A stretch of 64,000 nucleotides of DNA from Obrimoposthia wandeli (Eukaryota). Of this stretch, positions 50,596-60,400 are shown one piece after another. Position numbers and translations under genes: made by a program. Position 1 is the stretch's first letter, and each line of letters starts with the position of its first letter. The DNA lies in NCBI GenBank assembly GCA_977020255.1, contig CDROCS010001209.1, positions 186,001 to 250,000 on the forward strand, read 5' to 3'. Below the pieces are notes generated by a model. That model worked only from the letters and a program-made list of their open reading frames with translations, was not told the origin of the DNA and ran no database searches.

Positions 50596-51247
50596 GCATG
50601 ACCCACTCGATGGACCGTATTTTGATAGCCACAGTTTTGATGACAAGCTGTGTAAAGTTCTGGATGTTCCTCCTCCGAGTGACTTAATGGATCGATTAAT
50701 GATGATCCCAGAAAAAGATCAACCAAGAAGTACAACGGCGAAGCGATTATATTTACCCGCTTTAGCTGCATCTGTAATTTTGGCTTTCGGTATTATGGTC
50801 GGGCAAAGTAATGTATTAGAGTTGAATCCAGCTGCTGTGGTTCAAACCGCAAATATCGATAAGATGGCGATTGATCATTACAATGCTCAACGTACATTTC
50901 TACAAACCATTGACGAGAATGTTTCTCTTCGACAAGTGAATTCGAAGTTAGCCCCCTTTGGTTCGAAACTTACTCAGTTACCAGGCCATGTTTATTACGT
51001 GAATCATTGTGTTTTCGGCGATAAGACGGTTTTTCAAATGATCGTTGGTACTGATGATGGTAAAAAAGTGAACATATATATGGTGCCTCAGCAACAGACT
51101 GCTTCTAGTGTGTTTGGTGACAGTAATGTCAGTGGCGTTTCAGTGCCATTTGAAGATGCGAGTCTGATTATTCTCAGTGAAGATAATAATGCCGCTGAAG
51201 CATTTGCAAGTGATATAGATTCAGAGATCCAGTGGGAACTGATATAG
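50567..51247 (+). CDS. DUF3379-like putative membrane anti-sigma factor
   Basis: Overlaps the sigma gene; L.VP.P..L..R, then a single TM 'LAASVILAFGI' and a periplasmic domain. Confidence 0.65.
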   Translation: MKKQDLKNTKHDPLDGPYFDSHSFDDKLCKVLDVPPPSDLMDRLMMIPEKDQPRSTTAKRLYLPALAASVILAFGIMVGQSNVLELNPAAVVQTANIDKMAIDHYNAQRTFLQTIDENVSLRQVNSKLAPFGSKLTQLPGHVYYVNHCVFGDKTVFQMIVGTDDGKKVNIYMVPQQQTASSVFGDSNVSGVSVPFEDASLIILSEDNNAAEAFASDIDSEIQWELI

Positions 51248-51342
51248 GCTATTGGTGAAAATTGAGGCTGATATAAGCTAAAGCCATTGCCAATGAGAAC
51301 GTAGATAAGTACATACACTTAGCTTACTGGCACGAAGGAAGA

Positions 51343-51591
51343 TATACCCAAGTTACCTCAAGATGCTCGTTTCAGCGAGAATTTGTTGTGCTCTAGGCAA
51401 GGCGCTTATTTATAGACCTAGTCATTCTACGTTGAAAATAAGTAACACCGCATAGAGCCCAACAAAACTCGCCCTTCGGGAGTGATTCAGCGTATCTACT
51501 TCTGTGTCAAATGTGTTTGAAAGGGAATACCATTCCTGTACACATTTTCCTTGAATTAAACACGCTGAGACCACTCTGAATCCTGAGTATA
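51343..51591. repeat. Long (~249-bp) nested copy of the ERIC-like element
   Basis: Left TIR intact; the internal module is nearly identical to 60075-60247, with an extra ~90-bp insert; right TIR eroded. Confidence 0.85.
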
Positions 51592-51635
51592 TAGCAGCCT
51601 TTTATACCTTTAGAGTTATTAGAATATTCGTGCCA

Positions 51636-52535
51636 TCACAATACATGCTGAGTGAAGTGTTCTTGCAAGTAATCCAGCAGTAGCTGCATTTTTTTTGAAT
51701 CAGCAGCACGAGGCGGATAGACGCCATAAATCGTAATGTCGCTTAATGCATAGTCTTCTAAAATCGGGGTGAGTTGCCCTGCTTTAATTAACGGTAATGC
51801 GTCGTAGATAGGTAAACGCCCAACGCCATGCCCGCCAACTACAAACGCAGTTCTTGCCGATGCGCTATTGGTGGTAATGCTGCCCTGCATTTTCACATTG
51901 TATGATCGTGTGCCTTTTGTAAGCGTTTGGATTTTTGATGTCTTCTTGTAAACCACCCATTCATGATTGGCTAACTCAGCAGGGGTACGAGGTATGCCGT
52001 GTTGGTTAAAATAGCTGGGTGAGCCGCACAATATATTCTTCATGGTCATCAGCTTTTTGGCGTACAAACCAGAATCAGCCAGTGGCGCACCTCGAATGGC
52101 TAAATCGACCCCTTCTTGAATAATATTAACGATATCGTCGGTCAGGTTCAGATCGATTTCGATTTTTGGATATAAGGTTTTAAACGTATTCAATGCGGGC
52201 ACAATAGTGTGCATGCTGATATTCACTGGGGCGCTAATCGTAAGTTTGCCTTCGGGCTCTTCACGCAGATTTTCAATCTGTAGATTGGCAGCAGCAGCTT
52301 CTTCACTAATACGTTTACACCGTTGAAAGTAACGTTGTCCTGCATCGGTTAGGCTAATGCTACGCGTGGTACGGTTTAGTAATGGCATGCCGATATGATC
52401 TTCAAGCTTTTTGAGATGATAGCTGACGACCCCACGCGATAAGCCCAGTTGCCGCGCGGCGGCTGAAAAGCTCCCTTGTTCGACAATTTTGGCAAAAACT
52501 ACCATGCTTTTCAGTTGATCAAAAGATACATCCAT
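51636..52535 (-). CDS. LysR-family transcriptional regulator
   Basis: GSFSAAARQLG..., LNRTTRSISLTDAG, VDLAIR. Confidence 0.93.
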   Translation of the reverse strand: MDVSFDQLKSMVVFAKIVEQGSFSAAARQLGLSRGVVSYHLKKLEDHIGMPLLNRTTRSISLTDAGQRYFQRCKRISEEAAAANLQIENLREEPEGKLTISAPVNISMHTIVPALNTFKTLYPKIEIDLNLTDDIVNIIQEGVDLAIRGAPLADSGLYAKKLMTMKNILCGSPSYFNQHGIPRTPAELANHEWVVYKKTSKIQTLTKGTRSYNVKMQGSITTNSASARTAFVVGGHGVGRLPIYDALPLIKAGQLTPILEDYALSDITIYGVYPPRAADSKKMQLLLDYLQEHFTQHVL

Positions 52536-52617
52536 TCTTTTACTCTATATCGTTAACGCACCATTTAAGGGGCAAAATGATCAGGGAATAGTGTTCTAGT
52601 ATGCCTAAAGAATAACC

Positions 52618-52640
52618 ATTGTTCTAATTATTCGAACAAT
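52618..52640. promoter_or_regulatory. Probable LysR recognition site in the divergent promoter
   Basis: ATTGTTC-N9-GAACAAT palindrome containing a T-N11-A. Confidence 0.55.
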
Positions 52641-52719
52641 GATTCTTAATTTATCCCCATTGTCGAATTTAATGAACAGGCATACACTCTCATCACGCTT
52701 TAAATAGGACATAACGAGG

Positions 52720-53406
52720 TTGATGATGAAAATTTTAATGGTGTTAACATCTCACGATAAGCTAGGCGATACGGGTCATAAAACAGGCTTTTGGATTGAA
52801 GAGTTTGCAGCACCGTATTACCGCTTCTTAGATGAAAACGCGGATATTACATTAGCATCACCGGCGGGTGGTCAACCTCCTATCGATCCTAATAGTGAGC
52901 TTGAACAATCACAAACAGAAGCAACGGTACGTTTTAATAGCGATGAGCAAGCACAAGCGGTGTTAGCGAATACACGTAAGCTGAGTGATGTGAGTGAACA
53001 AGATTATGATGCAGTTTTTTACCCTGGTGGTCACGGACCATTATGGGATTTGGTAAGCGACAGTGATTCTATTGCGCTAATTGAAGCGTTCTGGCAAGCA
53101 GGCAAGCCTGTTTCTGCTGTGTGCCACGCCCCCGCTGTATTATTAAATGCTAAAACAGCTGTTGGTGAATATATTATTGCTGGTAAAGCGGTGACAGGCT
53201 TTACAAACTCAGAAGAAACGGCTGTTGGTTTAGCTGAAGTAGTGCCATTCTTACTGGAAGATGAACTTAAAGCCCGTGGCGGGCAGTTTGAATCTGCACA
53301 AGATTGGAATTCATTAGCAATTCAAGATGGCATGCTAATTACTGGACAAAATCCAGCGTCATCTGAAGCGGTTGCAGAAGCCCTGCTTAGCTTATTGGCT
53401 AAATAG
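52720..53406 (+). CDS. DJ-1/PfpI (Hsp31-like) protein
   Basis: TGFWIEE, PGGHGPLWDL, AVCHAP, TGQNPASS. Confidence 0.88.
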   Translation: MMMKILMVLTSHDKLGDTGHKTGFWIEEFAAPYYRFLDENADITLASPAGGQPPIDPNSELEQSQTEATVRFNSDEQAQAVLANTRKLSDVSEQDYDAVFYPGGHGPLWDLVSDSDSIALIEAFWQAGKPVSAVCHAPAVLLNAKTAVGEYIIAGKAVTGFTNSEETAVGLAEVVPFLLEDELKARGGQFESAQDWNSLAIQDGMLITGQNPASSEAVAEALLSLLAK

Positions 53407-53552
53407 TGCTGAGTAACATAATAAGTGCCACATATTAAAGTGATGTATTGCACTTAGTGTCTGAATCTAAGGTGTAATACGTCACTTGTAATGCATACCG
53501 ATTATAAAAACACTCTTGAATACTGTATTCATGACTAATAAAGGAATGAGCA

Positions 53553-54704
53553 ATGCTTAATTTCACGTTTCATAACCCTACTCAAATTTTCTTTGGTGAA
53601 GACCAAATCGCAGCGATTGCGAAACAAATCCCTGCGGATGCAAAAATCCTCGTGACTTACGGCGGCGGTTCGATCAAATCAAACGGTGTTTACGAGCAAG
53701 TGAGCACAGCATTAAAAGATCATAACTGGATTGAATTTTCAGGCATCGAGCCAAATCCACAGTTTGATACGTTAATGAAGGCTGTAGATATCGTTAAAGC
53801 TGAAGGCATTACTTACCTTCTTGCTGTTGGTGGTGGGTCTGTTGTTGATGGCACGAAGTTCATTGCAGCAGCTGCACGTTTCGAAGGTGATGAACCTTGG
53901 GATATCTTAGCAAAGCAAGCACAAGTTAAAGATGCAGTGCCACTATCGTGTGTATTAACACTACCTGCAACGGGCTCTGAAAGTAACATTGGTGCTGTTG
54001 TAACACGTGGTGCGACGAAGCTGGCATTTATGTCACCGTTTGTTCGTCCTGTTTTTGCTGTACTGGATCCAAAAGTAACATTAAGCCTTTCTGAGCGGCA
54101 GATTGCTAACGGTGTAGTTGATGCGTTTGTTCACACTATGGAGCAGTATTTAACGTTCCCAGTGAATGCAAAAGTGCAAGACCGCTTCTCTGAAGGTTTG
54201 TTGATGAACTTGATTGAAGACGGCCCGAAAGTACTGGCAAATCCTGATGATCTGGAAGTGCGTTCAAACATCATGTGGTCGGCAACAATGGCACTGAATG
54301 GTTTGATTGGTTCTGGTGTACCTCAAGATTGGAGTACTCACATGATCGGTCATGAATTGACGGGTCAGTACGGTATCGATCATGCGCGTACTTTGGCAAT
54401 TATTCTGCCAGCAGTCATGAAAGTACAGCGTGAGCAAAAACGCGGTAAGTTAGTGCAGTATGCACAACGTGTTTGGAATATTGTTGATGGTACTGAAGAT
54501 GAAGTGATTGATCAGGCTATCGAAAAGACGGAAGCATTCTTTAAAGCGATGGGTATGCCAGTGCGTTTGACTGATGCTGATCTAGATGCTGAAAGTATCG
54601 AGAATATTTTGGCACAACTTGAACTGCACGGTATGACATCATTGGGTGAGCATGGCGACATGACACCAGAAGTGAACCGTAAAGTATTAGAAGTTGCTTT
54701 ATAG
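53553..54704 (+). CDS. yqhD: Iron-containing NADPH-dependent alcohol dehydrogenase (YqhD-like)
   Basis: GGGS, GIEPNP, AVGGGSVVDGTK, TLPATGSE, THMIGHELT, DHARTLA. Confidence 0.85.
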   Translation: MLNFTFHNPTQIFFGEDQIAAIAKQIPADAKILVTYGGGSIKSNGVYEQVSTALKDHNWIEFSGIEPNPQFDTLMKAVDIVKAEGITYLLAVGGGSVVDGTKFIAAAARFEGDEPWDILAKQAQVKDAVPLSCVLTLPATGSESNIGAVVTRGATKLAFMSPFVRPVFAVLDPKVTLSLSERQIANGVVDAFVHTMEQYLTFPVNAKVQDRFSEGLLMNLIEDGPKVLANPDDLEVRSNIMWSATMALNGLIGSGVPQDWSTHMIGHELTGQYGIDHARTLAIILPAVMKVQREQKRGKLVQYAQRVWNIVDGTEDEVIDQAIEKTEAFFKAMGMPVRLTDADLDAESIENILAQLELHGMTSLGEHGDMTPEVNRKVLEVAL

Positions 54705-54780
54705 AAGACCTTGTTCTTGAATACTGTTCTCGAACATTAAATGAGTACCAAAGATTCATTTAATTAAGATAAAACAAGTG

Positions 54781-54816
54781 AAAGCCCTGCTAGTGTATTG
54801 CTAGCAGGGCTTTTTT
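54781..54816. terminator. Bidirectional terminator
   Basis: AAAGCCCTGCTAG...CTAGCAGGGCTTTTTT. Confidence 0.75.
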
Positions 54817-54875
54817 ACGTGGTTTATTTCATGCCAGAGCAGCGATGACTGCTCTGTTGTTATAACGCATTCCTT

Positions 54876-56408
54876 TTATTCCACATTGAGCTTCGCGTCG
54901 TTCGCTTTTTTCTTATACTGCATCGCGGTTCGAATAATAGGGGTGATTAACACGAATGCGGCAATAACCGTGAACACGAGTGTAATAGGGCGTTCCCATA
55001 AGAAACTAATTTCCCCATCACTGATCATCAAAGCTCTACGCAAGTTTTCTTCCATTAATCCGCCCAGAATAAAACCGAGCAGCAACGGTGCAAGCGGGAA
55101 ATTCGCGAGCCTTAACGCAATGGCGGCAATGGCGACTAATAACATGATAAAGACATCGACGGTGTTAAATGAAACCAGATATACCCCAGTGATAGAGAAG
55201 AACAAAATCATCGGTAGCAATACGGTTCTTGGCACCATTAATAGCTTTGAGATGTACGGGATTAACGGCAGATTTAGAATCACTAGCACGATGTTGCCAA
55301 AGTACATTGAGATAATCACTGACCAGAAAATATCAGGGTGATCGACAAACAAGCGAGGCCCAGGTTGAATACCATAAGCAATCAACGCACCCAGCATAAT
55401 CGCAGTTGTACCTGAACCAGGAATACCTAAAGTTAGTAGCGGTACAAACGATCCACTTGAGGCGGCATTGTTGGCTGATTCTGGTGCGACTAATCCACGA
55501 AGGCTGCCTTTACCAAATTCAGCTTGTTTGTCTTTTGGGGCAATACTACGTTCAAAACCATAACTTAGGAATGCTGCGATAGTCGCTCCTGCACCAGGTA
55601 GTACGCCCACAAAGAAGCCTAAAATCGATGAACGGATAGAAACAGGTGCTAGTTCTTTAAACTCTTCTTTGGTCACTTTCATACTGCCAATCTGGCTGAT
55701 TTTTGCTTGCTCTTCTTGGCTAGTATCGTCTTGAGGTTTTAATATCCCCATAAGCGTTTCACCTAAAGCAAAGGTCGCCATTGCCAATAATAGGAAGCTG
55801 AAGCCATCCATCAGATCCGTTAAACCAAAGGTAAAGCGTTCAACACCGACACCTTTATCGATACCCACAGTGGCTAACATTAAGCCAAGAACAGTCATCA
55901 TCCATGCTTTTACCACTTGGTTTTTACCGGCAAAGGCAGCAACGGCTGATAAACCTACGAGCATTAGGGCAAAGTAATCTGAAGACTGAAAACTCAGAGA
56001 GACATTGGCAAGTATTGGTGCGGCAATTAACAACATAATGGCAGAAAGCGTACCACCAACGAATGACGAGTAAGCCGCCAATGCGAGGGCTTTACCTGCT
56101 TGGCCTTTCTGTGCCATTGGGTAGCCATCAAATGCGGTTACTACGGTGGATGAACAGCCAGGGGCATTGATTAAAATTGATGAAGTTGATCCACCAAATA
56201 CTGCACCGTAATACACGCCAGCCATTAAGATCAGGCCCGATGCCGGGTCTAACCCATAGCTGATTGGGATCATCAGCGCGATAGCTGAAATAGGGCCAAG
56301 GCCGGGTAACATGCCGATAAACGTACCAACAAAACAACCTACCATTACCATCATTAGGTTGGTTGGCATAATGGCCGTGGATAGACCTGAAAGGATTCCA
56401 TCTAACAT
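54876..56408 (-). CDS. tctA: Tripartite tricarboxylate transporter large permease
   Basis: GMLPGLGP, GGSTSSIL, PGAGATIA, APESANNA, LGIPGS. Confidence 0.93.
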   Translation of the reverse strand: MLDGILSGLSTAIMPTNLMMVMVGCFVGTFIGMLPGLGPISAIALMIPISYGLDPASGLILMAGVYYGAVFGGSTSSILINAPGCSSTVVTAFDGYPMAQKGQAGKALALAAYSSFVGGTLSAIMLLIAAPILANVSLSFQSSDYFALMLVGLSAVAAFAGKNQVVKAWMMTVLGLMLATVGIDKGVGVERFTFGLTDLMDGFSFLLLAMATFALGETLMGILKPQDDTSQEEQAKISQIGSMKVTKEEFKELAPVSIRSSILGFFVGVLPGAGATIAAFLSYGFERSIAPKDKQAEFGKGSLRGLVAPESANNAASSGSFVPLLTLGIPGSGTTAIMLGALIAYGIQPGPRLFVDHPDIFWSVIISMYFGNIVLVILNLPLIPYISKLLMVPRTVLLPMILFFSITGVYLVSFNTVDVFIMLLVAIAAIALRLANFPLAPLLLGFILGGLMEENLRRALMISDGEISFLWERPITLVFTVIAAFVLITPIIRTAMQYKKKANDAKLNVE

Positions 56409-56418
56409 CCGTGTTCTC

Positions 56419-56928
56419 CTACCAAGCTGAGAATATGTAGCCTGACTCAAGGTAAATATCTAACCCTTGAGTAAGCAATAACCAAAAAGCCGTCACAAAA
56501 GGAAATGACGCACCAAAGAGAATAGATTTACGGCGCTCACCCAGCAGTAAAAAACCACCCAGTAAGAATAAGCTGGTGGAAAGCACAAAGCCTAGCCACG
56601 TTAACCCCACACCATAAGCCGCCATTAAGACTAAAAAGCTAATGAGTAACTTCCAGTTAAAGCCAACTGTCGCACCACTTTGTTCATCATTTTTACCGGT
56701 GATCAGTAGTAATAACGACAATACAACACCTGCAATCGTCAGCAGGTATGGCAGTGTGCGGGCTGTAAAGGGTTCAAATTCATCACCAGGGAATAGGGCT
56801 ATATTCGTAATTTGGTAACCATAAATAAGGGTAACAACAAGAAAAATTAATGCGCCGATACGGTCGCGACTGAGCAATTGTACTGATGATGTCGGTGCTG
56901 AATGAGGCTTCGAAGTAGAGGAATTCAT
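56419..56928 (-). CDS. tctB: Tripartite tricarboxylate transporter small permease
   Basis: Four TMs, PFTARTLP; lies between tctC and tctA. Confidence 0.85.
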   Translation of the reverse strand: MNSSTSKPHSAPTSSVQLLSRDRIGALIFLVVTLIYGYQITNIALFPGDEFEPFTARTLPYLLTIAGVVLSLLLLITGKNDEQSGATVGFNWKLLISFLVLMAAYGVGLTWLGFVLSTSLFLLGGFLLLGERRKSILFGASFPFVTAFWLLLTQGLDIYLESGYIFSAW

Positions 56929-57055
56929 TACGCTCTCCCGAATTAAAAGAACCGCACCTAAAGAGATAGGTATAGTTTTAGTGCGGTATTGATTTGATGA
57001 TAAGGGCTGCTTATACAACCCTTATCGCAGTGTGTAGTGTGATTATTTTAGGTAC

Positions 57056-58048
57056 TTACTGTAAGAACCCAAGTTCACGCATTAGACTGCCCATCTGCTT
57101 CTCTTGTTGTTCAAGGAAGCTATAGAAATCTTTGTCATTTTTGTACGTATCGATCCAGCCGTTACGGTCTCGAACCACAGCCCACTCAGTGGTTTTGTAC
57201 ATACCAGATAGCGCTTTATTCCATGCATCAATTTTTGCTTGGCTTGCACCGGGTGCGGCAAAGAACCCACGCCAGTTTGCAAAAATAGTATCGTTGCCTT
57301 GTTCGATTAAGGTTGGAATTTCAGGGGCGGCTGCTAGGCGCTCTGGTGCTGTAATTGCAAGAACACGCACTTGACCTGATTTGCTCATCTCCAGTACTTC
57401 ACCAAGACCTGTCGATAGCAATTCAGTTTCGCCAGACAGTAGAGCGGCCATGGCTTTACCGCCAGCATCGTAGGCAATGTAGCGTACTTTGCGAGGGTCA
57501 AAACCTTCGCCTTTAAATGCCGCAGCAACGACGAGGTGATCCATCGAACCACGTGCGGAACCGCCCGCGATTTTCACACTACGAGGATCTTTGGTGTACT
57601 GTGCGACTACTTGTTTCCAATCGGTAAAAGGGGAGTCAGCCGATACCACAATAGCGCCATAATCCGCGATAGTGGCCGCAACAGGGGTTAGATCTCGAAA
57701 AGATTGCGGGAAAATACCACTCAGTGAGCGAACAACAATAGGGGTGGAATTCACCATCAAGGTATCAGGTTGGCGCTTCGCTGTTTCGATCAAATGTGCA
57801 ATGGCTTTGCCACCGCCACCGCCAGATAGATTTTGGTAAGATACTTTTTCGACAAGACCTGATTTTGCCAGCACTTCACCCGTACCACGGGCTGTCATGT
57901 CCCAACCTCCACCTGCACCGCCCGGTACGAGGAAGTGAATTTTTTCGAGTGATTCAGCCATCGCAGAGCCAGATATTGCCGCCATGCTTGATGCTAATAG
58001 GGTGACCGCTACACGCGTCGTAAACTGTTTTTTAAAGGTGTTCAACAT
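57056..58048 (-). CDS. tctC: Tripartite tricarboxylate transporter binding protein (Bug family)
   Basis: PGGAGGGWD..AR, GGGGG, GGS..GSMDH, NWRGF. Confidence 0.92.
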   Translation of the reverse strand: MLNTFKKQFTTRVAVTLLASSMAAISGSAMAESLEKIHFLVPGGAGGGWDMTARGTGEVLAKSGLVEKVSYQNLSGGGGGKAIAHLIETAKRQPDTLMVNSTPIVVRSLSGIFPQSFRDLTPVAATIADYGAIVVSADSPFTDWKQVVAQYTKDPRSVKIAGGSARGSMDHLVVAAAFKGEGFDPRKVRYIAYDAGGKAMAALLSGETELLSTGLGEVLEMSKSGQVRVLAITAPERLAAAPEIPTLIEQGNDTIFANWRGFFAAPGASQAKIDAWNKALSGMYKTTEWAVVRDRNGWIDTYKNDKDFYSFLEQQEKQMGSLMRELGFLQ

Positions 58049-58294
58049 GATTAAGCTTCCTTTTTTATCACTGCTGAGATGCCTGTTGGGCTAGCAGGGT
58101 TAATGGGAAGTTAAATTAATATTGCTCGATGCGATATAAAGCGTAAAAAAAGAGATTAAAGAACCTTCTATCCATTTTGTTCATAAAGTTCACGGTGAAA
58201 TAGGAAGGAGTGGGATAAAAGAGTCTGAGAAGGTCGATGCAGCGATAAGCAGCGGTAGAATGATTATTGGAAAGTGAGTAGATGCTTTATAAAT

Positions 58295-58322
58295 AAAAAA
58301 AGCCTCATTAAGAGGCTTTTTT
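58295..58322. terminator. pflA terminator
   Basis: AAAAAAAGCCTC...GAGGCTTTTTT. Confidence 0.7.
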
Positions 58323-58337
58323 ACTGTTTATCTTCGC

Positions 58338-59078
58338 TTAGTAAATCACTTTATGACCATAGCTCGAAATGATTTCTTTCATCTTGTCCATCGATTCTTT
58401 TGATGGTGGTTGAACACCTGAAAGCGGGTAGTCGTAACCCATGGCATCCCATTTATGTTCACCTAGCTGGTGGTAGGGTAGCAGTTCAATTTTTTCGATG
58501 TTATCCATGTCTTTAATGAACGCACCTAAATTGTGGGCAGACAGTTCATCATCGGTGTAACCCGGAACGATCACATAGCGAATCCATGTTTTTTGACCGC
58601 GTTTGTGAAGGTAACGAGCAAAGTCCAGTACACGCTTATTGGGCACACCCACCAATTCTTGGTGAATCGTGTCATCCATCTGCTTAAGATCAAGCATGAC
58701 TAGATCAGTAGCATCTAATACTTCATCAACCACATCAGTATGCTTACGGATGTAACCATTGGTATCAAGGCACGTATGAATATTTTCAGCTTGTGCAGCA
58801 CGGAAAAAATCGCGAATAAATTCAGGTTGAAGCATCGCTTCGCCACCTGAAGCCGTCACGCCACCACCCGATGCTTTCATGAAATGACGGTAAGACACCG
58901 CTTCTTTCATGATTTCTTCAACCGAAATTTCACGACCGCCATGAAGATCCCAAGTATCACGGTTGTGACAGTATTGGCAGCGCATTAAGCAGCCTTGCAT
59001 GAAGATAATAAAACGGATGCCGGGTCCGTCGACGGTTCCGCAAGATTCGAAAGAGTGAATACGACCTTTTACTGACAT
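58338..59078 (-). CDS. pflA: Pyruvate formate-lyase activating enzyme (radical SAM)
   Basis: [13 protein letters not shown]; CLMRCQYCH CxxxCxxC motif. Confidence 0.97.
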   Translation of the reverse strand: MSVKGRIHSFESCGTVDGPGIRFIIFMQGCLMRCQYCHNRDTWDLHGGREISVEEIMKEAVSYRHFMKASGGGVTASGGEAMLQPEFIRDFFRAAQAENIHTCLDTNGYIRKHTDVVDEVLDATDLVMLDLKQMDDTIHQELVGVPNKRVLDFARYLHKRGQKTWIRYVIVPGYTDDELSAHNLGAFIKDMDNIEKIELLPYHQLGEHKWDAMGYDYPLSGVQPPSKESMDKMKEIISSYGHKVIY

Positions 59079-59327
59079 TACTATCTCCGCATATATATTG
59101 TGCGTGTTATTTACCTGTCATTTTATTACAAAATGACAGGGCAAAGTAGCTCTATATACGTTTAAAGTGTAAGAGCAATTGAAGTGCTTTGTCTGCGTAT
59201 TATGCGTTCTTCTCTTTATCTCGTCATTAAGTAACACTCATTGTTGCTCGGTATATCTATTGGAGGCTAAAACAAAAAACGGAACAAAGTCCGTTTTAGT
59301 GGTCATTATTATCAGAGGCTTTGCCGC

Positions 59328-60032
59328 TTAGCCTTTTCTTTGGCACATGGCTTCACATAGTTCGAGGTATGAAGCATATAAGTCTTTATCAATAATATGG
59401 TTTTTATAAATGAGTAAAAGCAGAGCAACAGCGGTAATACTGATTCTATCCCCTGTTTTTAGCCAAGGTATTGCTTCTTCATATCGACCGTTATCGAAAT
59501 GATAAGTACCGATCTTGACGCTACACTCAACAGCAAAAATACCGTTGTATGTAGAGCCTTCTTTCCATAGCTCCATCATTTGATCCCAAGGGATATCGTT
59601 AAGGTTTGTCAGTCGCAAGCAAGTGGCTTTTCGCATTAATAGTAATGCTCTATCCTCTGCTTTTAGTTCTGTGTCGTGAGTAAGCCATAGGTCGTAGAAC
59701 TCTAGAGCAACTTTATAGTTTACTGGGCAAAATACTTTGCTGAAAGCGCCTCTTCGACCTAGAAAAGCAGCATCCTGACCTTCTGTGATTGCCGGAAGGT
59801 ATCCACGTTTGCCAGCGTTCAGGAGTTGATTTAAGGCGTCTGAACGAACAGCTTTACTAGCGGCTTTTGCGTCTTCCTTTGATAATGTGTTATTGACTAC
59901 CCCTTTGAATTTGTCTTCAAAGACTAGTTTGGCAAACGCGACACATGCCTCATCGTTTTCGGCCTTTGCAAGTTCATGCATCGGAGCGCCTCTCTCCTTG
60001 ATAGGGAGTTTCATTACTTCTTCGAAAGTCAT
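59328..60032 (-). CDS. Hypothetical alpha-helical protein (possible Sel1/TPR-like repeats)
   Basis: 234-aa ORF with its own terminator (59274-59297); 'YKVALEFY' and 'RYEEAIPWLKTG' segments. Confidence 0.55.
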   Translation of the reverse strand: MTFEEVMKLPIKERGAPMHELAKAENDEACVAFAKLVFEDKFKGVVNNTLSKEDAKAASKAVRSDALNQLLNAGKRGYLPAITEGQDAAFLGRRGAFSKVFCPVNYKVALEFYDLWLTHDTELKAEDRALLLMRKATCLRLTNLNDIPWDQMMELWKEGSTYNGIFAVECSVKIGTYHFDNGRYEEAIPWLKTGDRISITAVALLLLIYKNHIIDKDLYASYLELCEAMCQRKG

Positions 60033-60074
60033 ATTAAGTCTTCATATTTGTTAATGTTTGCATTCGATCAATCG

Positions 60075-60247
60075 TATACCCAAGTTACCTCAAGATGCTC
60101 GTTTCAGCGAGAATTTGTTGTGCTCTAGGCAAGGCACTTATTTATAGACCTAGTCGTTCTACGTTGAAAATAAGTAACACCGCATAGAGCCCAACAAAAC
60201 TCGCTGAGATCACTCTGAATCCTGCATCTTGAGGTAGCTTGGGTATA
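60075..60247. repeat. Complete 173-bp ERIC-like miniature inverted-repeat element
   Basis: 24-bp TIRs TATACCCAAGTTACCTCAAGATGC / GCATCTTGAGGTAGCTTGGGTATA (1 mismatch); TA at both ends. Confidence 0.9.
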
Positions 60248-60319
60248 CAAATCGGCTTCTTTTTCATTTTTATATAGAGCAGGGCTTTAATAAGAAGATG
60301 CGACTATGTGGCAGATAAC

Positions 60320-60347
60320 AAAAAACCGACTATAAAGTCGGTTTTTT
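60320..60347 (-). terminator. pflB terminator
   Basis: AAAAAACCGAC...GTCGGTTTTTT. Confidence 0.75.
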
Positions 60348-60400
60348 ATTAGGACAGCGAGAGAAGACTAATGACTAGTTTCTCGTCACTCAGCTCTAAA

